Shown here: in pieces, positions 30,006 through 45,950 of the stretch
How positions within the stretch are numbered: position 1 is the stretch's first letter
How the letters are laid out: each line of letters begins with the position of its first letter
Assembly: GCF_009914755.1 (NCBI RefSeq)
Contig: NC_060928.1
From: the human T2T-CHM13v2.0 reference genome, Homo sapiens
Reading direction: 5' to 3' (one strand)
DNA length: 64,000 bases
The notes under the pieces: model-generated
What the model was told of the DNA's origin: nothing
The model's input: the letters and a program-made list of their open reading frames with translations, nothing else
Database searches by the model: none
Position numbers and translations under genes: made by a program

Positions 30006-33000
30006 ATACTTTGGGTACTTTGATATTTTATGTACAGTATATAATACATATTATTGGTACTTTGATATTTTATGTACAGTATACAATATATAGTTTGAGT
30101 ACTTTGATATTTTATGTCCAGTATAAAATACATAGATTTCATACTTTGATATTTTATGTACAGAATATAGTTTGAGTACTTTGATATTTTATGTACACTT
30201 TATCATAAAAGTTTGGGTACTTTCATATTTTACGTACAGTATATAATACATACTTTGGGCACTTTGAGGTTTTATGTACAGTATATAATACATACTTTGG
30301 GTTCTTTGATATGTTATGTACAGCATATAGTACATAATTTGGGGACTTTTATATTTTATGTACATTATATAATACATACTTTGGGTACTTTTATATTTTA
30401 TGTACGGTATATAATACATACTTTGGGTACTTTGATATATTATGTACAGTATATAATACATACTTTGGGTACTTTGATATATTATGTACAGTATATAATA
30501 CATACTTATGGTACTTTGACATTTTATGTACAGTACATAATACATACTTTGGGTACTTTGATATTTTATGTACAGTATATAATACATACTTTGGGTACTT
30601 TGATATTTTATGTACAGTATATAATTCATGTTTTGGGTACTTTTACATTTTATGTACAGTATATAATATATAGTTTGGGTACTTTGATATTTTATGTACG
30701 GTATATAATACATACTTTGGGTACTTTGATATTTTATGTACAGTATATAATACATACTTTGGGTACTTTGATAATTTATGTACAGTATATAATACATACT
30801 TTGGGTACTTTGATATTTAATGTACAGTATATAATACACACTTTGCATACTTTGATATTTTATGTAAAGTATGTAATACATACTTTGGGTACTTTGATAT
30901 TTTATGTACAGTATATAATACACGCTTTGGGTACTTTGATATTTTATGTAGAGTATGTAAAACATACTTTGGGTAGTTTGTTATTTTATGATCAGTATAT
31001 AATACATATTTTGGGTACTTTGATATTTTATGTACAGTATATAATACATACTTTGGGTACTTTGATATTTTATGTACAGTATATAATGCATAATTTGGGT
31101 ACTTCAATAGTTTATGCACAGTATATAATACATACTTTGGGTAATTTGATATTTTATGTACAGTATATAATGCATACTTTGGGTACTTTGATAGTTTATG
31201 TACAGTATACAATACATACTTTGGGTACTTTGATATTTTATGTACAGTATATAATATGTAGTTTGGGTACTTTGATATTTTATTTACAGCTTATAATACA
31301 TACTTTGGATACTTTGATACTTTATGTACAGTATATAATACATAATTTGGGTACTTTGTTATTTTATGTACAGTATACAATATATAGTTTGAGTACTTTG
31401 ATATTTTATGTGCAGTATAAAATATATAGTTTTGGTACTTTCATATTTTATGTACAGTATATAGTTTGAGTACTTTGATATTTTATGTACAGTTTTTTAT
31501 AAATGTTTGGGTGCTTTCATATTTTATGTACAGTATATAATACATACTAAGGGCACTTTGATATTTTATGTACAGTATATAATACATACCTTGGGTACTT
31601 TGATATTTTATGTACAGTATATAATATATAGTTTGGGTATTTTGATATTTTATGTACAGTATATAATACATATTTTGGGTACTTTGATATTGTATGTACA
31701 GTATATAATACATACTTTGGGAACTTTGATATTTTATGTACAGTATGTAGAACATACTTTGGGTACTTTGATATTTTATGTACAGGATATAATGCATACT
31801 TTGGGTACTTTGATAGTTTATGTACAGTATATAATACATACTTTGGGTACTTTGATATTTTATGTATAGTATAAAATATATAGTTTGGGTACTTTGATAT
31901 TTTATGTACAGTATGTAAAACATACTTTGGGGAGTTTGATATTTTATGTACAGTATGTAAAACATACTTTGGGGAGTTTGATATTTTATGAACAGTATAT
32001 AATACACATTTTGTGTACTTTGATATTTTATGTAAAGTATATAATACATACTTTGGGTACTTTGATATTTTATGTACAGTATATATTACATACTTTGGGT
32101 ACTTTGATATTTTATGTACAGTATACAATATATAGTTTGAGTACTTTGATATTTTATGTACTGTATAAAATATATAGTTTTGGTACTTTGATATTTTATG
32201 TACAGTATATAGTTTGAGTACTTTGATATTTTATGTACAGTTTGTTATAAATATTTTGGTGCTTTCATATTTTATGTACTGTATATAATACATGCTTTGG
32301 GCACTTTGATATTTTATGTACAGTATATAATACATACTTTGGGTACTCTGATATTTTATGTACAGTGTATAATACATACTTTGGGTACTTTGATATTTTA
32401 TGTACAGTATATAATACATACATTGGGTACTTTGATATATTATGTACAGTATATAATACTTACTTTGGGTACTTTGATATTTTATGTACATTATATAATA
32501 CATAGTTTGTGTACTTTGATATTTTATCTACAGTATGTAGTACACACTTTGGGTACTTTGATATTTTATGTACAGTATATAATACATACTTTGGGTATCT
32601 TGATATTTTATGTACAGTATATAATGCATACTTTGCGTCCTTTGATATTTTATGTACAGTATATAATGCATACTTTGGGTACTTTGATATTTCATGTACA
32701 GTATGTAATACATACTTTGGGTACTTTGATATTTTATGTATAGTATATAATACATACTTTGTGTAGTTTGATATTTTATGTACAGTATACAATATATAGT
32801 TTGAGTACTTTGTTATTTTATGTGCAGTATAAAATATATAGTTTTCGTAATTGATATTTTATGTACAGAATATAGTTTGAGTACTTTGATATTTTATGTA
32901 CAATTTATTATAAATGTTTGGGTACTTTCATGTTTTATGTACAGTGTATAATACATACTTTGGTCTCTTTGATGTTTTATGTACAGAATATAATACATAC

Positions 33001-33226
33001 TTTGGGTTCTTTGATATTTTATGAACAGAAAATAATGCATAGTTTTAGGTACTTTTATATTTTATGTACAGTATATAATACATACTTTGGGTACTTTGAT
33101 ATTTTATGTACAGTATATAATACATACTTTGGGTACTTTGATATTTTATGTACGGTATATAATACATACTTTGGGTACTTTGATATTTTATGTACAGTAT
33201 ATAATACATGTTTTGGGTACTTTTAT
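30006..33226 (+). repeat. Copy of about 19180-22400 (offset 10826)
   Basis: ORF pairs 19387/30213, 19991/30817, 20657/31483, 21405/32231 and 22092/32918; several translations are identical. Confidence 0.9.
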
Positions 33227-36200
33227 ATTTTATGTGCAGTATATAATATATAGTTTGGGTACTTTGATATTTTATGTACGGTATATAATACATACTTTGG
33301 ATACTTTGATATTTTATGTACAGTATATAATACATACTTTGGGTACTTTGATATTTTATGTACAGTATATAATGCATAATTTGGGTACTTCAATAGTTTA
33401 TGCACAGTATATAATACATACTTTGGGTAATTTGATATTTTATGTACAGTATATAATGCATACTTTGGGTACTTTGATAGTTTATGTACAGTATACAATA
33501 CATACTTTGGGTACTTTGATATTTTATGTACAGTATATAATATGTAGTTTGGGTATTTTGATATTTTAACTACAGTATATAATACATACTTTGGGTACTT
33601 TGATATTTTATCTACAGTATATAATACATACTTTGGGTACTTTGATATATTATGTACAGTATATAATACATAGTTTGGTTACTTTGATATTTTTTGTACA
33701 GTATGTAAAACATACTTTGGGGAGTTTGATATTTTATAAACAGTATATAATACACATTTTGGGTACTTTGATATTTTATGTACGGTATATAATACATAGT
33801 TTGGGTACTTTGATATTTTATGTACAGTATATAATTCATACTTTGGGTACTTTGATATTTTATGTACAGTATATAATACATACATTGGGTACTTCGATAT
33901 TTTATGTGCAGTACCCTATATATAGTTTGGGTACTTTGATATTTTATGTCCAGTATAAAATAAATAGTTTTGGTACTTTGATATTTTATGTACAGTATAT
34001 AGTTTGAGTACTTTGATATTTAATGTTCAGTTTATTATAAATGTTTGGGTGCTTTCATATTTTATATACAGTATATAATACATACTTTGGGCACTTTGAT
34101 ATTTTCTGTACAGTATATAATACATACTTTGGGTACTTTGATATTTTATGTACGGTATATAATTCATACATTGGGTACTTTGATATTTTATGTACAGTAT
34201 ATAATATATAGTTTGGTTACTTTGATATTTTATATACATTATATAATATATATTATGTGTACTTTGAAAAATTATGTACAGTATATAATATATAGTATGG
34301 GTTGTTTGATATTTTATGTACAGTATATAATATATAGTTTGGGTAGTTTGATATTTTTAGTAGAGTATGTAATATATAGTTTGTTTTATTTGATATTTTA
34401 TGTACAGTATACAATATATAGTATTGGTACTTTGATATTTCATGTAAAGTATATAGTTTGAGTACTTTGATATTTTATATGCAGTTTATTATAAATGTTT
34501 GGGTACCTTCATATTTTATGTACAGTATATAATACATACTTTGGGAACTTTTATTTTATGTGCAGTATATAATACATACTTTGGGTACTTTGATATTTTA
34601 TGTACAGTATATAATATATACTTTGGGAACTTTGATATTTTATGTACAGTATGTAAAACATACTTCGGGTACTTTGATATTTTATGTACAGTATATAATA
34701 CATACTATTGGTACTTTGATATTTTATGTACATTATACAATATATAGTTTGAGTACTTTGATATTTTATGTCCAGGATAAAATATATAGATTTCGTACTT
34801 TGATATTTTATGTACAGAATATAGTTTGAGTACTTTGATATTGTATGTACAATTTATTATAAAAGTTTGGGTACTTTCATATTTTACGTACAGTATATAA
34901 TACATACTTTGGGCACTTTGATGTTTTATGTACAGTATATAATACATACTTTAGGTTCTTTTATATTTTATGTACAGCATATAATACAAAATTTGGGGAC
35001 TTTTATATTTTATGTACATTATATAATACATACTTTGGGTACTTTTATATTTTATGTACGGTATATAATACATACTTTGGGTACTTTGATATATTATGTA
35101 CAGTATATAATACATACTTTGGGTACTTTGATATATTATGTACAGTATATAATACATACTTAGGGTACTTTGACATTTTATGTACAGTATATAATACATA
35201 CTTTGGGTACTTTGATATTTTATGAACAGTATATAAAACTTACTTTGGGTACTTTGATATTTTATGTACTGTATATAATACATACTTTGGGTACTTTTAT
35301 ATTTTATGTACAGTATATAATATATAGTTTGGGTACTTTGATATTTTATGTACGGTATATAATACATACTTTGGGTACTTTGATATTTTATGTATAGTAT
35401 ATAATACATACTTTGGGTACTTTGATATTGTATGTACAGTATACAATATATAGTTTGAGTACTTTGATATTTTATGTACTGTATAAAATATATAGTTTTG
35501 GTACTTTGATATTTTATGTATAGTATATAGTTTGAGTACTTTGATATTTTATGTACAGTTTTTTATAAATATTTGGGTGCTTTGATATTTTATGTACAGT
35601 ATATAATACATACTAAGCGCACTTTGATATTTTATGTACAGTATATAATACATACTTTGGTTACTCTGATATTTTATGTACAGTGTATAATACATACTTT
35701 GGGTACTTTGATATTTTATGTACAATATATAATACATACGTTTGGAACTTTGATATATTATGTACAGAATATAATTCATACTTTGGGTACTTTGATATTT
35801 TATGTACAGTATATAATACATAGTTTGTGTACTTTGATATTTTATGTACAGTATATAATACATACTTTGGTACTTTGATATTTTATATACAGTATATAAT
35901 ACATACTTTGGGTACTTTCATATTTTATGTACAGTATATAATATATAGCTTGGGTACTTTGATATTTTTTCTACAGCTTATAATACATACTTTGGGTATT
36001 TTGATATTTTATGTACAGTATATAATACATACTTTGGGTAGTTTGATATTTTATGTACAGTATACAATATAGAGTTTGAGTACTTTGATATTTTATGTGC
36101 AGTATAAAATATATAGTTTTGGTACTTTGATATTTTATGTACAGTTTATAGTTTGAGTACTTTGATATTTTATGTACAGTTTATTATAAATGTTTGGGTA

Positions 36201-39200
36201 CTTTCATATTTGATGTACAGTATATAATACATAATTTGGGCACTTTGATATTTTATGTACAGTATATAATACATACTTTGGGTACTTTGATATTTTATGT
36301 ACAGTATATAATACATACGTTGGGTATCTTGATATTTTATGTACAGTATATAATGCATACTTTGGGTACTTTGATATTTTATGTACAGTATATAATGCAT
36401 ACTTTGAGTACTTTGATATTTTATATACAGTATATAACACATACTTTGGGTACTTTCATATTTTATGTACAGTATATAATACATACTTTGTGTAGTTTGA
36501 TATTTTATGTACAGTATACAATATATAGTTTGAGTACTTTGTTATTTTATGTCCAGTATAAAATATATAGTTTTGGTAATTGATATTTTATGTACAGAAT
36601 ATAGTTTGAGTACTTTGATATTTTATGTACACTTTATTATAAATGTTTGGGTACTTTCATATTTTATGTACAGTATATAATACATACTTTGGTCTCTTTG
36701 ATGTTTTATGTACAGTATATAATACATACTTTGGGTTCTTTGATATTTTATGTACAGTATATAATACATACTTTGGGTACTTTGATATTTTATGTACAGT
36801 ATATAATACATACTTTGGGAACTTTGATATTTTATGTACAGTATGTAATACATACTTTGGGTACTTTGATATTTTATGTACAGTATATAATACATATTAT
36901 TGGTACTTTGATATTTTATGTCCAGTATAAAATACATAGATTTCATACATTGATATTTTATGTACAGAATATAGTTTGAGTACTTTGATATTTTATGTAC
37001 ACTTTATCATAAAAGTTTGGGTACTTTCATATTTTACGTACAGTATATAATACATACTTTGGGCACTTTGATGTTTTATGTACAGTATATAATACATACT
37101 TTGGGTTCTTTGATATATTATGTACAGCATATAGTACATAATTTGGGGACTTTTATATTTTATGTACATTATATAATACATACTTTGGGTACTTTTATAT
37201 TTTATGTACGGTATATAATACATACTTTGGGTACTTTGATATATTATGTACAGTATATAATACATACTTTGGGTACTTTGATATATTATGTACAGTATAT
37301 AATACATACTTAGGGTACTTTGACATTTTATGTACAGTACATAATACATACTTTGGGTACTTTGATATTTTATGTACAGTATATAATACATACTTTGGGT
37401 ACTTCGATATTTTATGTACAGTATATAATACATATTTTGGTTACTTTTATATTTTATGTACAGTATATAATATATAGTTTGGGTACTTTGATATTTTATG
37501 TGCGGTATATAATACATACTTTGGGTACTTTGATATTTTATGTACGGTATATAATACATACTTTGGGTACTTTGATATTTTAACTACAGTATATAATACA
37601 TACTTTGGGTACTTTGATATTTTATCTACAGTATATAATAGATACTTTGGGTACTTTGATATATTATGTACAGTATATAATACATAGTCTGGTTACTTTG
37701 GTATTTTTTGTACAGTATGTAAAACATTCTTTGGGGAGTTTGATATTTTATGAACAGTATATAATACACATTTTGGGTACTTTGATATTTTATGTACGGT
37801 ATATAATACATACTTTGGGTACTTTGATATTTTATGTACAGTATATAATTCATACTTTGGGTACTTTGATATTTTATGTACAGTATATAATACATACATT
37901 GGGTACTTCGATATTTTATGTGCAGTACCCTATATATAGTTTGGGTACTTTGATATTTTATGTCCAGTATAAAATAAATAGTTTTGGTACTTTGATATTT
38001 TATGTACAGTATATAGTTTGAGTACTTTGATATTTAATGTTCAGTTTATTATAAATGTTTGGGTGCTTTCATATTTTATATACAGTATATAATACATACT
38101 TTGGGCACTTTGATATTTTCTGTACAGTATATAATACATACTTTGGGTACTTTGATATTTTATGTACGGTATATAATACATACATTGGGTACTTTGATAT
38201 TTTATGTACAGTATATAATGTATAGTTTGTTTACTTTGATATTTTATATACAGTATATAATATATACTATGTGTACTTTGATATATTATGTACAGTATAT
38301 AATATATAGTATGGGTTGTTTGATATTTTATGTACAGTATATAATATATAGTTTGGGTAGTTTGATATTATTAGTACAGTATGTAATATATAGTTTGTTT
38401 TATTTGATATTTTATGTACAGTATACAATATATAGTATTGGTACTTTGATATTTCATGTAAAGTATATAGTTTGAGTACTTTGATATTTTATATGCAGTT
38501 TATTATAAATGTTTGGGTACCTTCATATTTTATGTACAGTATATAATACATACTTTGGGAACTTTTATTTTATGTGCAGTATATAATACATACTTTGGGT
38601 ACTTTGATATTTCATGTACAGTATATAATACACACTTTGGGTACTTTGATATTTTATGTACAGTATATAATACACACTTCGGGTACTTTGATATTTTATG
38701 TACAGTATATAATACATACTTTGGTAACTTTGATGTATTATGTACAGTATATAATACATACTTTGGGTACTTTGATATTTTATGTACAGTATATAATACA
38801 TACTTTGGGTACTTTGATATTTTATGTACAGTATGTAATACATAATTTGGGTACTTTAATATTTTATGCATAGTATATAATACTTTGGGTACTTTGATAT
38901 TTTATGGACAGTGTATAATACATACTTTGGGTACTTTGATATTTTATGTACAGTATATAACATATAGTTTGGGTACTTTGATATTTTATATACAGTATAT
39001 AATACATACTTTGGGTACTTTGATATTTTATGTACAGTATATAATACATATTTTGGGTACTTTGATATTTCATGCACAGTATACAATATATAGTTTGAGT
39101 ACTTTGATATTTTATGTACTGTATAAAATATATAGTTTTGGTACTTTGATATTTTATGTACAGTATATAGTTTGAGTACTTTGATATTTTATGTACAGTT

Positions 39201-40369
39201 TGTTATAAATGTTTGGGTGCTTTCATATTTTATGTACAGTATATAATACATACTTTGGGCACTTTGATATCTTATGTACAGTATATAATACATACTTTGG
39301 GTTCTCTGATATTTTCTGTACAGTGTATAATACATAATTTGGGTACATTGATATTTTATGTACAGCATATAATACATACGTTGGGTACTTTGATATATTA
39401 TGTACAGTATGTAATACATACTTTGGGTAATTTGATATTTTATGTACAGTATATAATCCATAGTTTGTGTACTTTTATATTTTATGTACAGTATATAATA
39501 CATAGTTTGGGTTCTTTGATATTTTATGTACAGTATATAATACATACTTTGGGTACTTTCATGTTTTATGTACAGTATATAATATATAGTTTGGGTACTT
39601 TGATATTTTATCTACAGCTTACAATACTTACTTTGGGTAATTTGATATTTTATGTACAGTATATAATACATACTTTGGGTAGTTTGATATTTTATGTACT
39701 GTATACAATATATAGTTTGAGTACTTTGATATTTTATGTGCAGTATAAAATATATAGTGTTGGTACTTTGATGTTTTATGTACAGTATATATTTTGAGTA
39801 CTTTGATATTTTGTGTACAGTTTATTATAAATGTTTGGGTACTTTCATATTTGATGTACAGTATATAATACATAATTTGGGCACTTTGATATTTTATGTA
39901 CAGTATATAATACATACTTTGGGTACTTTTATATTTTATGTACAGTATATAATACATACTCTGGGCAGTTTGATATTTAATGTACAGTATATAAAACACA
40001 CTTTGCGTACTTTGATATTTTATGTAACGTATGTAATACATACTTTGGGTAGTTTGATATCTTATGTACAGTATGTAGTACACACTTTGGGTACTTTGAT
40101 ATTTTATGTACAGTATGTGAAACATACTTTGGGTAGTTTGATATTTTATGATCAGTATATAATACACATTTTGGGTACCTTGATATTTTATGTACAGTAT
40201 ATAATACATACTTTGGGTACTTTGATATTTTATGTACAGTATATAATGCATACTTTAGGTAATTTGATAGTTTATGTACTGTATATAATACATACTTTGG
40301 GTACTTTGATATTTTATGTACAGTATATAATACATAGTTTGGGTACTTTGATATTTTATGTACAGTATA

Positions 40370-43300
40370 TAATACATACTTTGGGTACTTTGATATTTTA
40401 TCTACAGTGTATAATATATACTTTGGGTACTTTGATATATTATGTACAGTATATAATACATATTTCGGGTACTTTGATATTTTATGTACAGTATATAATA
40501 CATACTTTGGGTACTTTGATATTTTATGTACAGTATATAATACATACTTTCGGTACTTTGATATTTTATGTACAGTATATAATATATAGTTTGGGTACTT
40601 TGATATTTTATGTACAGTATATAATATATAGTTTGGGTACTTTGATATTTTATGTACAGTATATAATACATACTTTGGGTACTTTGATATTTTATGTACA
40701 GTATATAATACATACTTTGGGTACTTTGATATTTTATGTACAGTATATAATATATAGTTTGGGTACTTTGATAATTTATGTACAGTGTATAACACATACT
40801 TTGGGTACTTTCATATTTTATGTACAGTATATAATACATACTTTGGGTACTTTGATATTTTATGTACAGTATATAATACATACTTTGGGAACTTTCATAT
40901 TTCATGTACACTTTATAATATATAGTTTGGGTACTTTGGTATATTATGTACTGTATATAATACATACTTTGAGTACTTTGATATTTTATGTACAGTATAT
41001 AATACATACTTTGCGTACTTTGATATTTTATGTCCAGTATAGAATATATAGTTTTGGTAGTTTGATATTTTATGTACAGTATATAGTTTGAGTACTTTCA
41101 CATTTTATGTACAATTTATTATAAATGTTTGGGTGTTTTCATATTTTATGTACTCTATATAATACATACATTGGGCACTTTGATATATTATGTACAGTAT
41201 ATAATACATACTTTGGGTACTCTGATATTTTATGTACAGTATATAATACACACTTTGGGTACTTTGATATTTTATGTACAGGATATAATGCATACTTTGG
41301 GTACTTTGATAGTTTATGTACAGTATATAATACATACTTTGGGTACTTTGATATTTTATGTATAGTATAAAATATACAGTTTGGGTACTTTGATATTTTA
41401 TGTACAGTATGTAAAACATACTTTGGGGAGTTTGATATTTCATGTACAGTATGTAAAACATACTTTGGGGAGTTTGATATTTTATGAACAGTATATAATA
41501 CACATTTTGTGTACTTTGATATTTTATGTACAGTATATAATACATACTTTGGGTACTTTGATATTTTATGTACAGTATATAATACATACTTTGGGTACTT
41601 TGATATTTTATGTACAGTATACAATATATAGTTTGAGTACTTTGATATTTTATGTACTGTATAAAATATATAGTTTTGGTACTTTGATATTTTATGTACA
41701 GTATATAGTTTGAGTACTTTGATATTTTATGAACAGTTTGTTATAAATATTTGGGTGCTTTCATATTTTATGTACTGTATATAATACATGCTTTAGGCAC
41801 TTTGATATTTTATGTACAGTATATAATACATACTTTGGGTACTCTGATATTTTATATACAGTGTATAATACATACTTTGGGTACTTTGATATTTTATGTA
41901 CAGTATATAATACATACATTGTGTACTTTGATATATTATGTACAGTATATAATACTTACTTGGGGTACTTTGATATTTTATGTACAGTATATAATACACA
42001 GTTTGTGTACTTTGATATTTTATGTACAGTATATAATACATACTATTGGTACTTTGATATTTTATGTACAGTATAGAATATATAGTTTGAGTACTTTGAT
42101 ATTTTATGTCCAGTATAAAATATATAGATTTCGTACTTTGATATTTTATGTACAGAATATAGTTTGAGTACTTTGATATTTTATGTACACTTTATTATAA
42201 AAGTTTGGGTACTTTCATATTTTACGTACAGTATATAATACATACTTTGGGCACTTTGATGTTTTATGCACAGTATATAATACATACTTTGGGTACTTTT
42301 ATATTTTATGTACAGTATATAATACATAGTTTGGGTACTTTGATATTTAATATACAGTATATAATGCACACATTGCGTACTTTGATATTTTATGTAAAGT
42401 ATGTAATACATACTTTGGGTAGTTTGATATTTTATGTACCGTATGTAATACACACTTTGGGTACTTTGATATTTTATGTACAGTATGTAAAACATACTTT
42501 GGGTAGTTTGATATTTTATGATCAGTATATAATACACATTTTGGGTACTTTGATATTTTATGTACAGTGTATAATACATACTTTGGGTACTTTGATATTT
42601 TATGTACAGGATATAATGCATACTTTGGGTACTTTGATAGCTTATGTACAGTATATAATACTTACTTTGGGTACTTTGATATTTTATATATAGTATAAAA
42701 TATATAGTTTGGGTAGTTTGATATTTTAAGTATAGTATATGATACAAACTTTGGGTACTTAGATATTTTATCTACAGTGTATAATAAATACTATGGGTAC
42801 TTTGATATATTATGTACAATAGATAATACATACTTTGGGTACTTTGATATTTTATGTACAGTATATCATACATACTTTGGGTACTTTGATATTTTATGTA
42901 CAGTATATAATACATACATTGGGTGATTTCATATTTCATGTACACTATATAATATATAGTTTGGATACTTTGGTATATTATGTACTGTATATAATACATA
43001 TTTTGAGTATTTTGATATTTTATGTACAGTATATAATACATACTTTGGGTACTTTGATATTTTATGTACAGTATATAATGCATAATTTGGGTACTTCAAT
43101 AATTTATGCACAGTATATAATACATACTTTGGGTAATTTGATATTTTATGTACAGTATATAATGCATACTTTGGGTACTTTGATATTTTATGTAAAGTAT
43201 ATAATATGTAGTTTGGGTACTTTGATATTTTAACTACAGTATATAATACATACTTTGGGTACTTTGATATTTTATCTACAGTATATAATAGATACTTTGG

Positions 43301-45950
43301 GTACTTTGATATATTATGTACAGTATATAATACATACTTTGGGTACTTTGATATTTTATGTACAGTATATAATACATACTTTGGGTACTTTGATATTTTA
43401 TGTACAGTATATAATACATACTTTCGGTACTTTGATATTTTATGTACAGTATATAATATATAGTTTGGGTACTTTGATATTTTATGTACAGTATATAATA
43501 TATAGTTTGGGTACTTTGATATTTTATGTACAGTATATAATACATACTTTGGGTACTTTGATATTTTATGTACAGTATATAATACATACTTTGGGTACTT
43601 TGATATTTTATTTACAGTATATAATATATAGTTTGGGTACTTTGATAATTTATGTATAGTGTATAACACATACTTTGGGTTCTTTCATATTTTATGTACA
43701 GTATATAATACATACTTTGGGTACTTTGATATTTTATGTACAGTATATAATACATACTTTGGGAATTTTCATATTTCATGTACACTTTATAATATATAGT
43801 TTGGGTACTTTGGTATATTATGTACTGTATATAATACATACTTTGAGTACTTTGATATTTTATGTACAGTATATAATACATACTTTGCGTACTTTGATAT
43901 TTTATGTCCAGTATAGAGTATATAGTTTTGGTAGTTTGATATTTTATGTACAGTATGTAGTTTGAGTACTTTCACATTTTATGTACAGTTTATTATAAAT
44001 GTTTGGGTGTTTTCATATTTTATGTACTCTATATAATACATACATTGGGCACTTTGATATATTATGTACAGTATATCATACATACTTTGGGTACTCTGAT
44101 ATTTTATGTACAGTATATAATACACACTTTGGGTACTTTGATATTTTATGTACAGGATATAATGCATACTTTGGGTACTTTGATAGTTTATGTACAGTAT
44201 ATAATACATACTTTGGGTACTTTGATATTCTATGTATAGTATAAAATATACAGTTTGGGTACTTTGATATTTTATGTACAGTATGTAAAACATACTTTGG
44301 GGAGTTTGATATTTCATGTACAGTATGTAAAACATACTTTGGGGAGTTTGATATTTTATGAACAGTATATAATACACATTTTGTGTACTTTGATATTTTA
44401 TGTACAGTATATAATACATACATTGGGTACTTTGATATTTTATGTACAGTATATAATACATACTTTGGGTACTTTGATATTTTATGTACAGTATACAACA
44501 TATAGTTTGAGTACTTTGATATTTTATGTACTGTATAAAATATATAGTTTTGGTACTTTGATATTTTATGTACAGTATATAGTTTGAGTACTTTGATATT
44601 TTATGTACAGTTTGTTATAAATATTTGGGTGCTTTCATATTTTATGTACTGTATATAATACATGCTTTAGGCACTTTGATATTTTATGTACAGTATATAA
44701 TACATACTTTGGGTACTCTGATATTTTATGTACAGTGTATAATACATACTTTGGGTACTTTGATATTTTATGTACAGTATATAATACATACATTGGGTAC
44801 TTTGATATATTATATACAGTATATAATACTTACTTGGGGTACTTTGATATTTTATGTACAGTATATAATACACAGTTTGTGTACTTTGATATTTTATGTA
44901 CAGTATATAATACATATTATTGGTAGTTTGATATTTTATGTACAGTATAGAATATATAGTTTGAGTACTTTGATATTTTATGTCCAGTATAAAATATATA
45001 GATTTCGTACTTTGATATTTTATGTACAGAATATAGTTTGAGTACTTTGATATTTTATGTACAATTTATTATAAAAGTTTGGGTACTTTCATATTTTACG
45101 TACAGTATATAATACATACTTTGGGCACTTTGATGTTTTATGCACAGTATATAATACATACTTTGGGTACTTTTATATTTTATGTACAGTATATAATACA
45201 TAGTTTGGGTACTTTGATATTTAATATACAGTATATAACGCACACTTTGCGTACTTTGATATTTTATGTAAAGTATGTAATACATACTTTGGGTAGTTTG
45301 ATATTTTATGTACAGTATGTAATACACACTTTGGGTACTTTGATATTTTATATATAGTATAAAATATATAGTTTGGGTAGTTTGATATTTTAAGTATAGT
45401 ATATGATACAAACTTTGGGTACTTAGATATTTTATCTACAGTGTATAATAAATACTATGGGTACTTTGATATATTATGTACAATAGATAATACATACTTT
45501 GGGTACTTTGATATTTTATGTACAGTATATAATACATACTTTGGGTACTTTGATATTTTATGTGCAGTATATAATACATACATTGGGTGCTTTCATATTT
45601 CATGTACACTATATAATATATAGTTTGGGTACTTTGGTATATTATGTACTGTATATAATACATACTTTGAGTATTTTGATATTTTATGTACAGTATATAA
45701 TACATACTTTGGGTACTTTGATATTTTATGTACAGTATATAATGCATAATTTGGGTACTTCAATAATTTATGCACAGTATATAATACATACTTTGGGTAA
45801 TTTGATATTTTATGTACAGTATATAATGCATACTTTGGGTACTTTGATAGTTTATGTACAGTATACAATACATACTTTGGGTACTTTGATATTTTATGTA
45901 CAGTATATAATATGTAGTTTGGGTACTTTGATATTTTAACTACAGAATAT
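40370..45950 (+). repeat. Local tandem duplication with a 2874-bp period; the second copy lacks 210 bp
   Basis: ORF pairs 40402/43276, 41105/43979, 41751/44625 and 42181/45055 are 2874 apart. The offset then drops to 2664 (42772/45436). Confidence 0.87.
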
